Under the pieces are notes generated by a model. The model ran no database searches. It was given only the letters and a program-made list of their open reading frames with translations, and was not told the origin of the DNA. Source: Candidatus Woesearchaeota archaeon (GTDB lineage Archaea > Nanobdellota > Nanobdellia > SCGC-AAA011-G17 > PNOQ01). Taken from it: 64,000 nucleotides of DNA. Position 1 is the first letter of the stretch, and each line of letters starts with the position of its first letter. Of this stretch, positions 18,939-29,075 are shown in pieces. The position numbers and the translations under genes were made by a program. Where the stretch lies: positions 11,803 to 75,802 of the forward strand of contig JAGWAE010000002.1 of the NCBI GenBank assembly GCA_018302135.1. Reading direction: 5' to 3'.

Positions 18939-21844
18939 CCTCCTACTGTTCTACCACAATTGATACATTTTTTACATTTTCCATTAAGTATTAGTTGACC
19001 ACCACAGTCACAAGTATCTCCTGTAGTGGTAAGTCTGTGAATTCTTTTAGGCATATTAGCATTTGGGTCTTCAGGTTGTCTTAATTCTTTATCAAATTCA
19101 CGCATGTCTTCTATAGTTTCCAATCCCATCTTCCTGTTTATTTCTGCGATTGAATCAAAATAAATTTGTGATCTTCTTTCTTCCTTAACCCGGTTCAACC
19201 TTAATTCCCTCTCTTTTTGAGCAGAAAGTCTAAAATTGTAATCCCCAGTTAATTCTTTATACTTTTCTACGCCCAAATATTCTAAAACTAAACTTTTAAA
19301 CATCCAATCTTCTAGAGAAGTACATGACCTTATTAATGAATCGGTTGTTGCACCAGAAATATCTGTTTTGGTATTAATGTATTTCTTTGCAAAGGCTACT
19401 AGTGGGACTCCAGTTTTCAAACCTTCGGATAAAGCGATACCGAAGTTATCATAATTTGTTCTTAACTGCGAACCTTGTTTGGATATTTGAACTCTGATCT
19501 CTCCAAGATCTCCGTCGGGATATTCGCCAGTAATTAGATGAACTCTGTATTCTAAACCAGTACCTGTATTTATTGTTGTAACTCTTGTTAGAGCTTCTCT
19601 TCTTTCATCAAGCGGTATTTTCTGGCCCCTTAATAGTTTCTCCTCTTCTTTTTTGGATTCGTCAAATAAAGGTTGATATAATTTTGAACCATCTCTATAA
19701 ATAGCTAGAGCTTTTAGTCCTTGTTTCCATCCTTCAACATAAAGATTAAATATTTCTTCTATGCTTGCGCTCGCTGGAACATTAACAGTTTTTGAAATTG
19801 CTCCTGATAAAAAAGGTTGAGTGGCAGCCATCATTTTTATGTGAGCCATTGGTTCTAAAAATCTTGTACCATTATTAGGTTTATTTGCTGTATCAAATAC
19901 TGGATAGTGCTCTTTTTTTAAATGTGGAGCGTTTTCTACATGATTATTAGATAGTATATAATTTTTTATGTCTTTAATTTGGTCAGGAGAGTAACCTAAT
20001 TTTGTTAATGCTTCTCCAACAGATTGATTCACTATTTTTTCTATTCCTCCCCCAACTAAGTTTTTATATTTTACTAATATTAAATCGGGTTCTATTCCAG
20101 TTGTATCACAATCCATTAAAAATCCAATTGTACCAGTTGGAGCTAGTAAAGTTCCTTGAGCATTTCTAAATCCATATTCGGTTCCAGATTCAACAACTTC
20201 ATTCCATATTTTTTTACCTTCTGTTACTAATTCTTCTAGATTCATTCCGCCATTTGGACGAGATTTTAATTTGCTTGCTGCGGTTCTGTGTAAATTCATA
20301 ACCTCTAGGAATGGCTCTTTATTTTTTTCGAATTCTTTGAATGGACCTTTTCTTTTTGCAAGTCTTGCAGACTGTTCGTAAACTGTGCCTGCCATAATAG
20401 ATGTTATTGCAGCGGCTATTTCTCTACTATAATCACTATTGTAATCAAGTCCAGCAGACATTAGTAATGCACCAAGGTTTGCATAGCCTACCCCCAATGG
20501 TCTAAATCTATGACTATTCTCTGCGATTCTTGAGCCAGGATAACCTGCATAGTCTACTATAATCTCTTGAGCAATTGTTGCAATTCTTGCTGCATGTTCA
20601 AAAGATTCAATATCAAATCTTCCATTTCTAACAAATTTTTTTAAGTTTAATGATCCTAAATTACATGCAGAGTCATCTAAAAACATATATTCTGAACATG
20701 GATTAGAACTATTTATTCTGCCAGAATTTTTTACTGGATTAAACATATTAATTATGGTGTCATATTGTAAACCTGGATCACCAGATATGTGTGTTGCTGC
20801 AGCAACCATAATCATAAATTGCTCTGCGGGGATAGTATGTCTTACTTGCCCAGATTTTCTTTCTGTTAGTTCTATATTTCCTTTATTCATAACTGCATAC
20901 ATAAAATTATCATCAACTCTAACTGAATTATTCGAATTCTGACCGGAAACATATTTATAGGCGTCTTGAGGAGAATAAAGACCAGACGCAACTAACGCTC
21001 TTACTTGTTTTTCAGATTCTACTTTCCATTGAATAAAATCTAAAACTTCTGGGTGGGTATAATGTTGAATAACCATTTTAGCGGCTCGTCTAGTAATACC
21101 ACCAGACTTTACCACGTTAGCAATTTGGTCACTTACTAGAGCAAAAGATTGAGCGCCACTACTGTATCCTCCGCCTGAAAGTTTTTCCAAGATAGATCTT
21201 AGTCTTTCTAAATTAACTCCGGAGCCAGAACCGAATTTGAATAATCTTGTTTCGGTATTCCACCAATCAGTTATGCTATTCTCTCCAAAAAGCTTATCTT
21301 CTAAACCTAAAATAAAACAAGCAGAACACTGCGGATGAGAATATTCTTCAGTTGTTTTTTCAACTTGCCCTGTTGTTTCATTAAAATAAAACAATCCGTT
21401 TTCCTGACTACCTTTTATTCCATAAATATCCCCTTTTCCTGCATTGAACCATGTAGGTGAATTCGGTGAATACATTTGGTTTAAAACCATAAAAGAAAGT
21501 TCTTCTTGGAAAGTATTTGCTTCTTCTTCAGATCTGAAATAACCATTTGATTGACCATAATTTCTTAATGAAGTTGCAACACGACCAACCATTTGTTTCA
21601 TATCTTTTTCTTCACCAGTTTCTGGGACACCTTCTCTCGCAAAATATTTACTTGCAACTATATTAACAGCTAAATCAGAATAACCTACTGGAAAAACTAC
21701 GCCTTCTTTTTGATATATTATCTCACCGGTGTTTAAATCTTTAATCTCTGCTTTTCTTGGTTGATATTGGAACATGTCGAAGGCTCTTCTTTCTGGTTGT
21801 GTGTAAAGTCTTTCTACTAATGTATCTTTAGACTCATAGACCAT
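18926..21844 (-). CDS. nrdJ: Class II (adenosylcobalamin-dependent) ribonucleotide reductase NrdJ with C-terminal zinc ribbon
   Basis: Active-site NPCSEYMFLDDSACNLGSLNL. 972 aa. C-terminal CDCGG...CKKCINCG. Confidence 0.9.
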   Translation of the reverse strand: MVYESKDTLVERLYTQPERRAFDMFQYQPRKAEIKDLNTGEIIYQKEGVVFPVGYSDLAVNIVASKYFAREGVPETGEEKDMKQMVGRVATSLRNYGQSNGYFRSEEEANTFQEELSFMVLNQMYSPNSPTWFNAGKGDIYGIKGSQENGLFYFNETTGQVEKTTEEYSHPQCSACFILGLEDKLFGENSITDWWNTETRLFKFGSGSGVNLERLRSILEKLSGGGYSSGAQSFALVSDQIANVVKSGGITRRAAKMVIQHYTHPEVLDFIQWKVESEKQVRALVASGLYSPQDAYKYVSGQNSNNSVRVDDNFMYAVMNKGNIELTERKSGQVRHTIPAEQFMIMVAAATHISGDPGLQYDTIINMFNPVKNSGRINSSNPCSEYMFLDDSACNLGSLNLKKFVRNGRFDIESFEHAARIATIAQEIIVDYAGYPGSRIAENSHRFRPLGVGYANLGALLMSAGLDYNSDYSREIAAAITSIMAGTVYEQSARLAKRKGPFKEFEKNKEPFLEVMNLHRTAASKLKSRPNGGMNLEELVTEGKKIWNEVVESGTEYGFRNAQGTLLAPTGTIGFLMDCDTTGIEPDLILVKYKNLVGGGIEKIVNQSVGEALTKLGYSPDQIKDIKNYILSNNHVENAPHLKKEHYPVFDTANKPNNGTRFLEPMAHIKMMAATQPFLSGAISKTVNVPASASIEEIFNLYVEGWKQGLKALAIYRDGSKLYQPLFDESKKEEEKLLRGQKIPLDERREALTRVTTINTGTGLEYRVHLITGEYPDGDLGEIRVQISKQGSQLRTNYDNFGIALSEGLKTGVPLVAFAKKYINTKTDISGATTDSLIRSCTSLEDWMFKSLVLEYLGVEKYKELTGDYNFRLSAQKERELRLNRVKEERRSQIYFDSIAEINRKMGLETIEDMREFDKELRQPEDPNANMPKRIHRLTTTGDTCDCGGQLILNGKCKKCINCGRTVGGCAV

Positions 21845-22296
21845 TATTTTCCACCCTTCAACGATTTTATTAACTCTTCAAAAGATTTAACATCAGCAAA
21901 GTCTTTGTAAACAGATGCAAATCTTACATAAGCAACTTTGTCTAATTGTTTTAATTTTTCCATTACTAACTCACCTACAATTTGTGAGTGAATTTCTTCA
22001 GTATCATTACTTCTTATTTCTGTTTCAATTTCTCTAACTGCTTGATTTATTTGTTCAGTTGTAACTGGACGTTTTTCACATGCTTTTAAAATTCCGTTTA
22101 AAACTTTAAGTCTATCAAATTGTTCACGTTCACCGGATTTTTTAACAACTCTTATTCCAGTGGTTTCTATTTTTTCATAAGTTGTGAATCTTTTTTCACA
22201 TTTCAAACATTCACGCCTTCTTCTTATTGTATCATTAGAATGGGTCCTTTTATCAATAACTTTCAATTCCAGATGATCACAGAATGGGCACCTCAT
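21844..22296 (-). CDS. nrdR: Transcriptional repressor NrdR (zinc ribbon + ATP-cone)
   Basis: MRCPFCDHLELKVIDKRTHSNDTIRRRRECLKCEKRFTTYE is the canonical NrdR N-terminus. Start trimmed to MRCPFC (22296). Stop overlaps the nrdJ start at 21844. Confidence 0.85.
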   Translation of the reverse strand: MRCPFCDHLELKVIDKRTHSNDTIRRRRECLKCEKRFTTYEKIETTGIRVVKKSGEREQFDRLKVLNGILKACEKRPVTTEQINQAVREIETEIRSNDTEEIHSQIVGELVMEKLKQLDKVAYVRFASVYKDFADVKSFEELIKSLKGGK

Positions 22297-22299
22297 TTT

Positions 22300-22315
22300 C
22301 ACAACATATTGTGTA
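22300..22315 (-). promoter_or_regulatory. Candidate NrdR box immediately upstream of nrdR-nrdJ
   Basis: Minus-strand reading ACACAATATGTTGTG matches the bacterial NrdR-box consensus acaCwAtATaTwGtgt at 14 of 15 positions. Lies 4 nt upstream of the nrdR ATG. Confidence 0.5.
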
Positions 22316-22437
22316 TTTTTCTTCCTAACATACACAACCTGTTGAGTTTTAGAGAAATACCCTATATAAATATTTGTTTACTAAAACTGTAGTTTTGAGA
22401 GAGATATTTCAGAAAATTTATTTCAAAAAAAATAAAG

Positions 22438-22466
22438 AAGAGACGAGGCATGGCCTCGCCTTTCCT
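22438..22466 (-). terminator. ftsZ terminator hairpin (GAGGC-CATG-GCCTC) followed by an oligo-T run on the minus strand
   Basis: Minus-strand sequence GGCGAGGCCATGCCTCGTC then TCTCTTCTTTATTTTTTTT, downstream of the ftsZ stop. A second hairpin GGGTTAAA-N6-TTTAACCC sits at 22503-22524. Confidence 0.5.
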
Positions 22467-22526
22467 AAAAATTCCAAGTAGTGAGTTAACACTTTTTTGT
22501 GGGGGTTAAAGAATAATTTAACCCTA

Positions 22527-23606
22527 CTACCTGATCATGTCAATGCCTAGTTCATGGCTCATCTTTGTAGATTCTTTAGCTTTTTCTCTAGCTCTATCTA
22601 TTTTTCCAAGAACATATGGCGAAGTAACTCCTGTAATGATTGTCATTACCCTTACTTTACCCTCAAACTTTGGATCAATTCTTGCTCCCCATATAACAAG
22701 TGCATCTGCATCTAATGATGAACTTACTACATTACCTACTTTTTCTACTTCTTCAAGTAATAAATCATCTCCACCTGTAATGTGGATTAAAGCACCTGTT
22801 GCACCCTCATAGGTAACGTCCAATAATGGGTTAGATAATGCTCTTTTTACAGCTTCTTCTGCTCTTCTTTCAGATCCAGCTTCACCAATACCAATAACTG
22901 AAACTCCACCACCAGACATTATTGTTTTAACATCTGCATAGTCTAAGTTTACTAAACTTGGTACTGCGATTGTTTCTACTATTCCTTTGATCATTGTTGA
23001 AAGTAATTCGTTAGCAACTGCAAAAGCTTGTTGTAAAGGTAGCTGACCTGCAATTCTACATAATCTGTTGTTGTCCATAACGATAACTGTATCACAAACT
23101 TGTCTTAGTTGTTGTAAACCAAATTCAGCTTTGTCACATCTTGCTTTTTCAATGTTGAATGGCATTGTAACTGTTGCAATAACAATGGCTCCGCCTTCTT
23201 TTGCTATTTGAGCTACAACTGGAGCGGCACCTGTACCTGTACCTCCACCCATACCAGCACAAACAAATATCATGTCTGCACCTTTGATTACTTCTCTTAA
23301 TTCTTGTATGCTTTCTTTTGCGGATTCCTTACCTCTTTCCGGCATACCACCACAACCTAAACCTCTTGTTAAGTCTCTACCTAACAAAATTTTTCTCTCA
23401 GCGTGTGAGATGTCTAAGTGTTGTTTGTCTGTATTACAGATTATGACTTCTGCACCTGTAATTCCCTTCTTGTATAACCAAGAAGCGATGTTGGATCCTG
23501 CTCCTCCACATCCTATTACTTTCATATTTGCGTTTCCAATTTTCAAGTCTTCTTCCGCATAATTACTTTCTGCGGTTTTTAATGCGTCTTGTATTATGAA
23601 TTCCAT
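22527..23606 (-). CDS. ftsZ: Cell division GTPase FtsZ
   Basis: Tubulin signature GGGTGTGAAPVVA. Start trimmed to MEFIIQ (23606), preceded by AAGGGGGAAAAAAA SD. Confidence 0.9.
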   Translation of the reverse strand: MEFIIQDALKTAESNYAEEDLKIGNANMKVIGCGGAGSNIASWLYKKGITGAEVIICNTDKQHLDISHAERKILLGRDLTRGLGCGGMPERGKESAKESIQELREVIKGADMIFVCAGMGGGTGTGAAPVVAQIAKEGGAIVIATVTMPFNIEKARCDKAEFGLQQLRQVCDTVIVMDNNRLCRIAGQLPLQQAFAVANELLSTMIKGIVETIAVPSLVNLDYADVKTIMSGGGVSVIGIGEAGSERRAEEAVKRALSNPLLDVTYEGATGALIHITGGDDLLLEEVEKVGNVVSSSLDADALVIWGARIDPKFEGKVRVMTIITGVTSPYVLGKIDRAREKAKESTKMSHELGIDMIR

Positions 23607-23938
23607 TTTTTTTCCCCCTTGTTTTTGTATTCTCCACCATAACAATATTTATAAGGTGTGAATTAGTTTATTCTTCCTAAGAAAAAGTTGTTTATCGCCA
23701 AATGAACATGCTTTTCGATATAGACCAAAATAAGACCAAAGTTATACACGATTGTTTGATGCGCCAACACCAAGCAACGATTATTTTTTGTTTTGAATAG
23801 ACCTGAGTGACTTTCTTGAGTTATTAATATATAAATGTATTTAATATTCAATATATATTTTGAAATAAATGGTTCGACTTTTTATTTGGTTAAATTTTAT
23901 TAGATAGTTTTTTATATTTATTATAATAAATTAGTTTT

Positions 23939-25186
23939 ATGGACCTTGGTGATTATATAGAAGTCAGAACTGATTCTGAAGTTTTTAAAGGAACTTTAAT
24001 GCCAGATTCTTTGAGTAATAAATTGATTTTAAAGTTAGATTCTGGTTATAATATTGGAATTGATAAGAAAAAAATAAAAGAAAAAAAAGTTATAAAAGAA
24101 ATGGTACAAAAAGAAAGAAGACCAAACAAAATTAAGTTTTCTAAAGAGTTACCAACTATATTAATATTGCATACTGGCGGGACAATTGCTTCTAAAGTAA
24201 GTTATAAAACTGGTGGTGTAATAGCTAAGTTTAGTCCAGAAGAAATTTTAGAGCTTTTTCCAGAGATAAGTAATATTGCTAATATCAAAACCAAACTAAT
24301 TTCTAATATATTTTCTGAAGATATGGGATTTAAAGATTATAATAAGTTAGTTTTGCAAATTAAAAGGGAGTGTAAAAATGTTGAAGGTATTATAATAACT
24401 CATGGAACAGATACTATGCATTATACTTCTGCTGCTTTGAGCTTTATGTTGGAAAATTTAGGATTTCCTGTGATTTTAGTTGGATCTCAAAGAAGTTCGG
24501 ATAGAGGAAGTTCGGATGCAGCCTTAAATTTAGTTTGCGCAGCACAATTTATTGTAAAATCTAATTATGCTGGTGTTGCTATTTGCATGCATTCTAGTAT
24601 GAATGATGATAATTGTTATATTTTACCCGGGTTAAAGGTTAAAAAGTTGCATAGTTCAAGAAGAGATGCTTTTCAAACTGTGAATAGTAAGCCAATTGCT
24701 ACAGTTAATTTTAATGGTGAGATAAAATATATCAGTCATGATTTTATGAGAAAAGATAAAAGTAAAGAATTAGTAGTTAACTTGCTTAGCAAAAATCTTA
24801 AAATTGGTATTTTGAAAGTTCACCCAAATATGCATTATTCTGAAATTTCTAAATACAAGACTTTTGATGGATTGATAATAGAAGGAACTGGGCTAGGACA
24901 TGTTCCGATAAATGAAAATGTTAAAGTTTACAATGCTTTGAAAAGTTTAAATATTCCAATTGTAATGACTAGTCAAACTGTTTTTGGAAGAGTTAACTTA
25001 AATGTTTATTCAACTGGCAGAAAATTGCAAGAATTTGTTCTTTCTGGGTCTGATATGACTTCAGAAACTGCTTTTGTCAAACTTGCTTGGTTACTTAGCA
25101 ATAAGAAAGACGTTAAATTAATCTCTAGTAATTTGAAAGGTGAGATTAATGAAAGAATTTCTGATGAATTTTTGAAGGAATATTAG
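23939..25186 (+). CDS. gatD: Glutamyl-tRNA(Gln) amidotransferase subunit D (GatD), asparaginase-like
   Basis: N-terminal GatD domain plus L-asparaginase motifs ILHTGGTIAS and IIITHGTDTM. Confidence 0.85.
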   Translation: MDLGDYIEVRTDSEVFKGTLMPDSLSNKLILKLDSGYNIGIDKKKIKEKKVIKEMVQKERRPNKIKFSKELPTILILHTGGTIASKVSYKTGGVIAKFSPEEILELFPEISNIANIKTKLISNIFSEDMGFKDYNKLVLQIKRECKNVEGIIITHGTDTMHYTSAALSFMLENLGFPVILVGSQRSSDRGSSDAALNLVCAAQFIVKSNYAGVAICMHSSMNDDNCYILPGLKVKKLHSSRRDAFQTVNSKPIATVNFNGEIKYISHDFMRKDKSKELVVNLLSKNLKIGILKVHPNMHYSEISKYKTFDGLIIEGTGLGHVPINENVKVYNALKSLNIPIVMTSQTVFGRVNLNVYSTGRKLQEFVLSGSDMTSETAFVKLAWLLSNKKDVKLISSNLKGEINERISDEFLKEY

Positions 25187-25959
25187 TTTTTGTAACCAAT
25201 TATCTTATACACTAGTTTAGCTGCTGTGTAATCAGATACTATATTATTTGAAGGACATAGTTCAACAATATCACAACCAACTACATTTCTTTTTTTGAAA
25301 ACTTCTTCTAATAAATCTGTGACTTGCTTGAATTGTAATCCATTTGGTTCTGGAGTTCCGACATCGGGCAAAACTGAAGGATCAAAAACATCTAAGTCTA
25401 TAGTAATGTAAACATTTTTCTTTAAAGTTTTAATTATTTTTTTTATATCAAAATTATTACCAAAGAAAGTGTTAATTTTATTCTTTTTTATGAAAGATAG
25501 TTCATCTTTGTCTAAACTTCTAACTCCAACTTGAGTTATATTTTTGTTAAATTCTGAAATTCTGTGCATAACACATGCATGATTTAGTTTTTTACCTTCA
25601 AAACTATCTTTTAAATCTGCATGAGCATCTAGTTGTAATATTGAAAGATCTTCTTGATTTAATCTTTTGATTAAAGGTAATGTTATTGTGTGTTCACCAC
25701 CTAAAGCAATAAGAAATTTATTTGTTTTTATATTTTCTAATTTTTTTAAGTCTATTATTGGTTTTAATGTTGCTATACCTATAATATAAGGTTCTAATTT
25801 TAGTTCATAATCGTATAATTCTAGTTCATTTGATGCCTTTAATATTGCATTTGGACCATTTATTGTTCCTTTTTTGTATGAAGTTGTTTTTTCGTAAGGA
25901 ACTGGAAGTATTAATATCTTAGATTCTGCAAAATTTGGTAGATTCATGAATGTTTCCAT
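25183..25959 (-). CDS. Arginase/agmatinase-family ureohydrolase (likely agmatinase)
   Basis: Mn-binding motifs GGEHTIT, LQLDAHADL, ITIDLDVFDP. Confidence 0.75.
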   Translation of the reverse strand: METFMNLPNFAESKILILPVPYEKTTSYKKGTINGPNAILKASNELELYDYELKLEPYIIGIATLKPIIDLKKLENIKTNKFLIALGGEHTITLPLIKRLNQEDLSILQLDAHADLKDSFEGKKLNHACVMHRISEFNKNITQVGVRSLDKDELSFIKKNKINTFFGNNFDIKKIIKTLKKNVYITIDLDVFDPSVLPDVGTPEPNGLQFKQVTDLLEEVFKKRNVVGCDIVELCPSNNIVSDYTAAKLVYKIIGYKN

Positions 25960-26062
25960 GTTTTTCGTTAGTCTTATTTGTTTTAAATAACTTTTGGTTT
26001 TATCAACACTCCCAAGTGATTACAACAGAAAGATTTATAAATCATTATTTTGGGTTAAAAAT

Positions 26063-26710
26063 ATGACACTTACAAATATTTTAATGGAAATGGGTATTGA
26101 TAAAAGTAGAGCTGAGACTGCTAAAATTCCTGAAGGAAGATTTTATGATGTTTTTGGTGAATTAGAAATTTTGCTGGGCGGAACAGAACATGGTTTTGAA
26201 CATGCTTTAGATGTATTTAGTAATGGTGAGATCTTAGATTATCATCAAGTTAAGTTAGATGAATATCTTAAACTTGCTAGAATTGTAGCGGGCAAGATAG
26301 GTTATAATGTTAATCAAAGACAAATATTTTATTCTGTAGACTCTTTGAAAAATTATCTGGATGGACCACAAGAACAAAAATTGGATTTTTCTAGATTGAG
26401 AATCGAAAGATATAGGATTTTACATAATAACCCTCAATCAATAAGATATCTTAGAGAGTTAATTAAATCTAATGAATTAACAACAGGGGATCATGAGCAT
26501 TGGAAGAAAGAAAGGAGTATGTGTGACGGCGGAGCAAGAGGAGTAGATATTTGCAAGGATATAGGTCGACAAATTAATAAGATATATGATGATTTAGGTT
26601 TGCCTAGACCAGGAATTGTAATTAATCACGGTCAAAGAAGAATAATAATAAATGAAGAAACAAGAGAACTGCTTAGACAAATAAAGAATTATAAAGAACA
26701 AAATTTATAA
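26063..26710 (+). CDS. Hypothetical protein (216 aa)
   Basis: ORF with start trimmed to MTLTNIL. No recognisable domain. His/Cys-containing stretch HEHWKKERSMCDGGARGVDIC. Confidence 0.45.
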   Translation: MTLTNILMEMGIDKSRAETAKIPEGRFYDVFGELEILLGGTEHGFEHALDVFSNGEILDYHQVKLDEYLKLARIVAGKIGYNVNQRQIFYSVDSLKNYLDGPQEQKLDFSRLRIERYRILHNNPQSIRYLRELIKSNELTTGDHEHWKKERSMCDGGARGVDICKDIGRQINKIYDDLGLPRPGIVINHGQRRIIINEETRELLRQIKNYKEQNL

Positions 26711-26732
26711 ATAAGCTAGAATTTTTCGACTG

Positions 26733-27317
26733 ATGTTAGTTGCTTTTGATGTTGATGATACACTTGCAAAATTTAATATTCCGTTGTTAAACGTGTATAA
26801 CGCTATAGATGGAACTAATTACACTTCTAGAGATATTAAAAGTTATAATTTAGAAATGCTTTGGGGGTGTACTAAAGAAGAAGCAATACAAAGAATACAA
26901 TATTTTTACAAAACTCATGAATTTGGAAGAATAGTTCCTGTTGAAGGTTCACAAGAGGCTGTTGAAAAATTAAGCAAAGAAAATCAATTAATAGTTATTA
27001 CTTCTAGATTGAGTAGTGTTAGCAGAAAAACTGAAGAATGGTTAGATAAATATTTTTCTGGCAAATTTTCTGATATTTATTACACTAGTGAATGGCATTC
27101 GGCCAATGGTGGAAGTGGAAAAAAAGCAGATATATGTAGAGATAAGAAAGTTGATATTATTATTGATGATTGTTTGGAATATATTTTAGCTTGTCAGAAT
27201 GTTGGAACGAGAGGAATATTATTTGACTTAAATGGTGAATATGGTTGGAATAAAACAGAAGAAGAAATTAAAAGAGTTCTTAATTGGGAAGAAGTTCTTA
27301 AAAAAATAAAAAAATAA
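26733..27317 (+). CDS. HAD-superfamily phosphatase, 5'(3')-deoxyribonucleotidase (NT5C)-like
   Basis: N-terminal FDVDDTL (DxDxT nucleophile motif) in NT5C-like context (MLVAFDVDDTLAKF). C-terminal IIIDD. Confidence 0.6.
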   Translation: MLVAFDVDDTLAKFNIPLLNVYNAIDGTNYTSRDIKSYNLEMLWGCTKEEAIQRIQYFYKTHEFGRIVPVEGSQEAVEKLSKENQLIVITSRLSSVSRKTEEWLDKYFSGKFSDIYYTSEWHSANGGSGKKADICRDKKVDIIIDDCLEYILACQNVGTRGILFDLNGEYGWNKTEEEIKRVLNWEEVLKKIKK

Positions 27318-27325
27318 AGAATTTT

Positions 27326-27523
27326 TTATTTTTTATTCAAGTAGAATATCATGTATATTGCTGATAAACCAACTAGAATATAAACTATATCTCTAACTAT
27401 TGTTACTGAACCTAAAATTGCTTGTACTAAGTCGAATTTGAATAAACCGACTAATCCCCAATTTAGGCCACCAATTATGACTAGAATTAATGCTATCCAG
27501 TCTAATCCGCTTTTATTTGCCAT
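27326..27523 (-). CDS. DUF378-family small membrane protein
   Basis: MANKSGLDWIALILVIIGGLNWGLVGLF... Two TM helices, typical DUF378 pattern. Confidence 0.55.
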   Translation of the reverse strand: MANKSGLDWIALILVIIGGLNWGLVGLFKFDLVQAILGSVTIVRDIVYILVGLSAIYMIFYLNKK

Positions 27524-27635
27524 CTAAACTACCTCCTTTTTTCGAGCAAAAGCTCTATTATTTTCTAGAATTATAGTTATTTAAAGATTGCTATTAAATC
27601 ACAAGTTTTAAAAGTATATTTTTTACTCTAAACGT

Positions 27636-28571
27636 ATGGAATTTGTTAAAGATTTGAGATGGAAGAAAGGAATGCAAGTAGATGAGCTAGTTAGTAGTTT
27701 GGGTAAGGTAGGATTTCAAAGTATTGAACTAAAAAAAGCTCAAGAAAACATTGTTAAGATGAAAAAAGATGGAGCTAAGGTTTATTTAACATTTACTTCC
27801 AATATGGTTACTTCTGGATTAAGAGGATTTTTTGCCCAATTAATAAAATTAAAAATTGTAGATGTTATAGTCACAACTATTGGTGGGATTGAAGAAGATA
27901 TAATGAAAGCACATGGTGAAAATTTTATAATCGGTGGGTTTGACACAGATGATATTGAATTACATGAAAAAGGAATAAATAGAGTGGGTAACTTGTTTAT
28001 TAGAAATGAGAGTTATTCTAAATTTGAAGATCTAATGAATCCTATTATTAAAAAATTATATGAAAAAAAGCATAGGTGGGCACCTTCTGAAATGTTTAAA
28101 GAAATTGGTTTAAGTTTAAAGGATGAAAATTCTATTTTATATCAAGCAGCTGAGAACAATGTACCAATATTTTGTCCTGCTGTAACTGATGGTGCATTTG
28201 GTTTTCATTTATTTATGTTCCAACAAAATAATCCTGATTTTATTGTAGATGTTGTAAAAGATTTTCAGAATATATTATTATCAACATCACAGGATGAGAA
28301 AAAAGGAATGATTAGTTTAGGTGGGAGTATTAGTAAACATCATGCAATACTAGCTTGTTTGTTAAATGGTGGGCTAGACTATGCTGTTTATATGACAACT
28401 GCAAGCCATTCTAGTGGAAGTATGTCTGGAGCTACAACTAAAGAAGCCAAAAGCTGGGGAAAAATTAAAGATGATTCCGATGCTGTGACTGTTATTGGAG
28501 ATGTTTCTATAACCTTTCCATTAGTTATGATTTCTGTTTTGGAAGAGTTGAGTAGAGAAGGATTAATTTAG
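27636..28571 (+). CDS. dys: Deoxyhypusine synthase
   Basis: TFTSNMVTSGLRGFF...DVIVTTIGGIEEDIMK and GGSISKHH, the active-site Lys region. Confidence 0.8.
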   Translation: MEFVKDLRWKKGMQVDELVSSLGKVGFQSIELKKAQENIVKMKKDGAKVYLTFTSNMVTSGLRGFFAQLIKLKIVDVIVTTIGGIEEDIMKAHGENFIIGGFDTDDIELHEKGINRVGNLFIRNESYSKFEDLMNPIIKKLYEKKHRWAPSEMFKEIGLSLKDENSILYQAAENNVPIFCPAVTDGAFGFHLFMFQQNNPDFIVDVVKDFQNILLSTSQDEKKGMISLGGSISKHHAILACLLNGGLDYAVYMTTASHSSGSMSGATTKEAKSWGKIKDDSDAVTVIGDVSITFPLVMISVLEELSREGLI

Positions 28572-28610
28572 TGTTAGTGGTAACAATTAGTAAGATTTAT
28601 AAATCTCTTT

Positions 28611-29072
28611 GTGTTTCAACTAATTATGGTAGATAGAGAAGATATCCAAAAAGCAGTAGAAGAATTAGATATTGCTAGAACAAATTTAGTTGGATTATAT
28701 TTAACTATAATCGGAAAAAATTATGAAGATTTGGATATTAGCCAAAAAAATTCTGTGCTTAATGGTTTAGAGAATATTGTAAGATCGATGGGAAATGAAG
28801 ATTTTACTGAAAAATTAATGGATACTCCAGAAACACGATCTAGAAGATTGAATTTAGCTTTTAATCGAAAAATTGCAGTTAGAGCTAGAGAAATTAAAGG
28901 ATTGACTAGAAAAGGGTTGGCCGATGAATTAGGATTTGATAGGGCAGGATACATTAGATTGAGTAAGTATGAAACTGGTGAAGCGAGACCAAGTAATCCT
29001 CCGAGAGGAGAAGTAGCAAAAATATATATACATTGGTTGAAGGAACATGGATATGATCCTTACAAATTATAA
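28611..29072 (+). CDS. Hypothetical protein with C-terminal HTH-like segment
   Basis: 153 aa. LTRKGLADELGFDRAGYIRLSKYETGE resembles an XRE-type HTH. Confidence 0.4.
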   Translation: MFQLIMVDREDIQKAVEELDIARTNLVGLYLTIIGKNYEDLDISQKNSVLNGLENIVRSMGNEDFTEKLMDTPETRSRRLNLAFNRKIAVRAREIKGLTRKGLADELGFDRAGYIRLSKYETGEARPSNPPRGEVAKIYIHWLKEHGYDPYKL

Positions 29073-29075
29073 AAT

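Noticed and set aside
22327-22376. Second NrdR box candidates (around 22327-22342 and 22360-22376)
   Set aside because: Central positions deviate strongly from the consensus. Only the box at 22300-22315 is convincing.
23663-23851. 62-aa ORF in the ftsZ/gatD divergent intergenic region
   Set aside because: Located in an AT-rich bidirectional promoter region with no SD and no conserved features. More likely non-coding.
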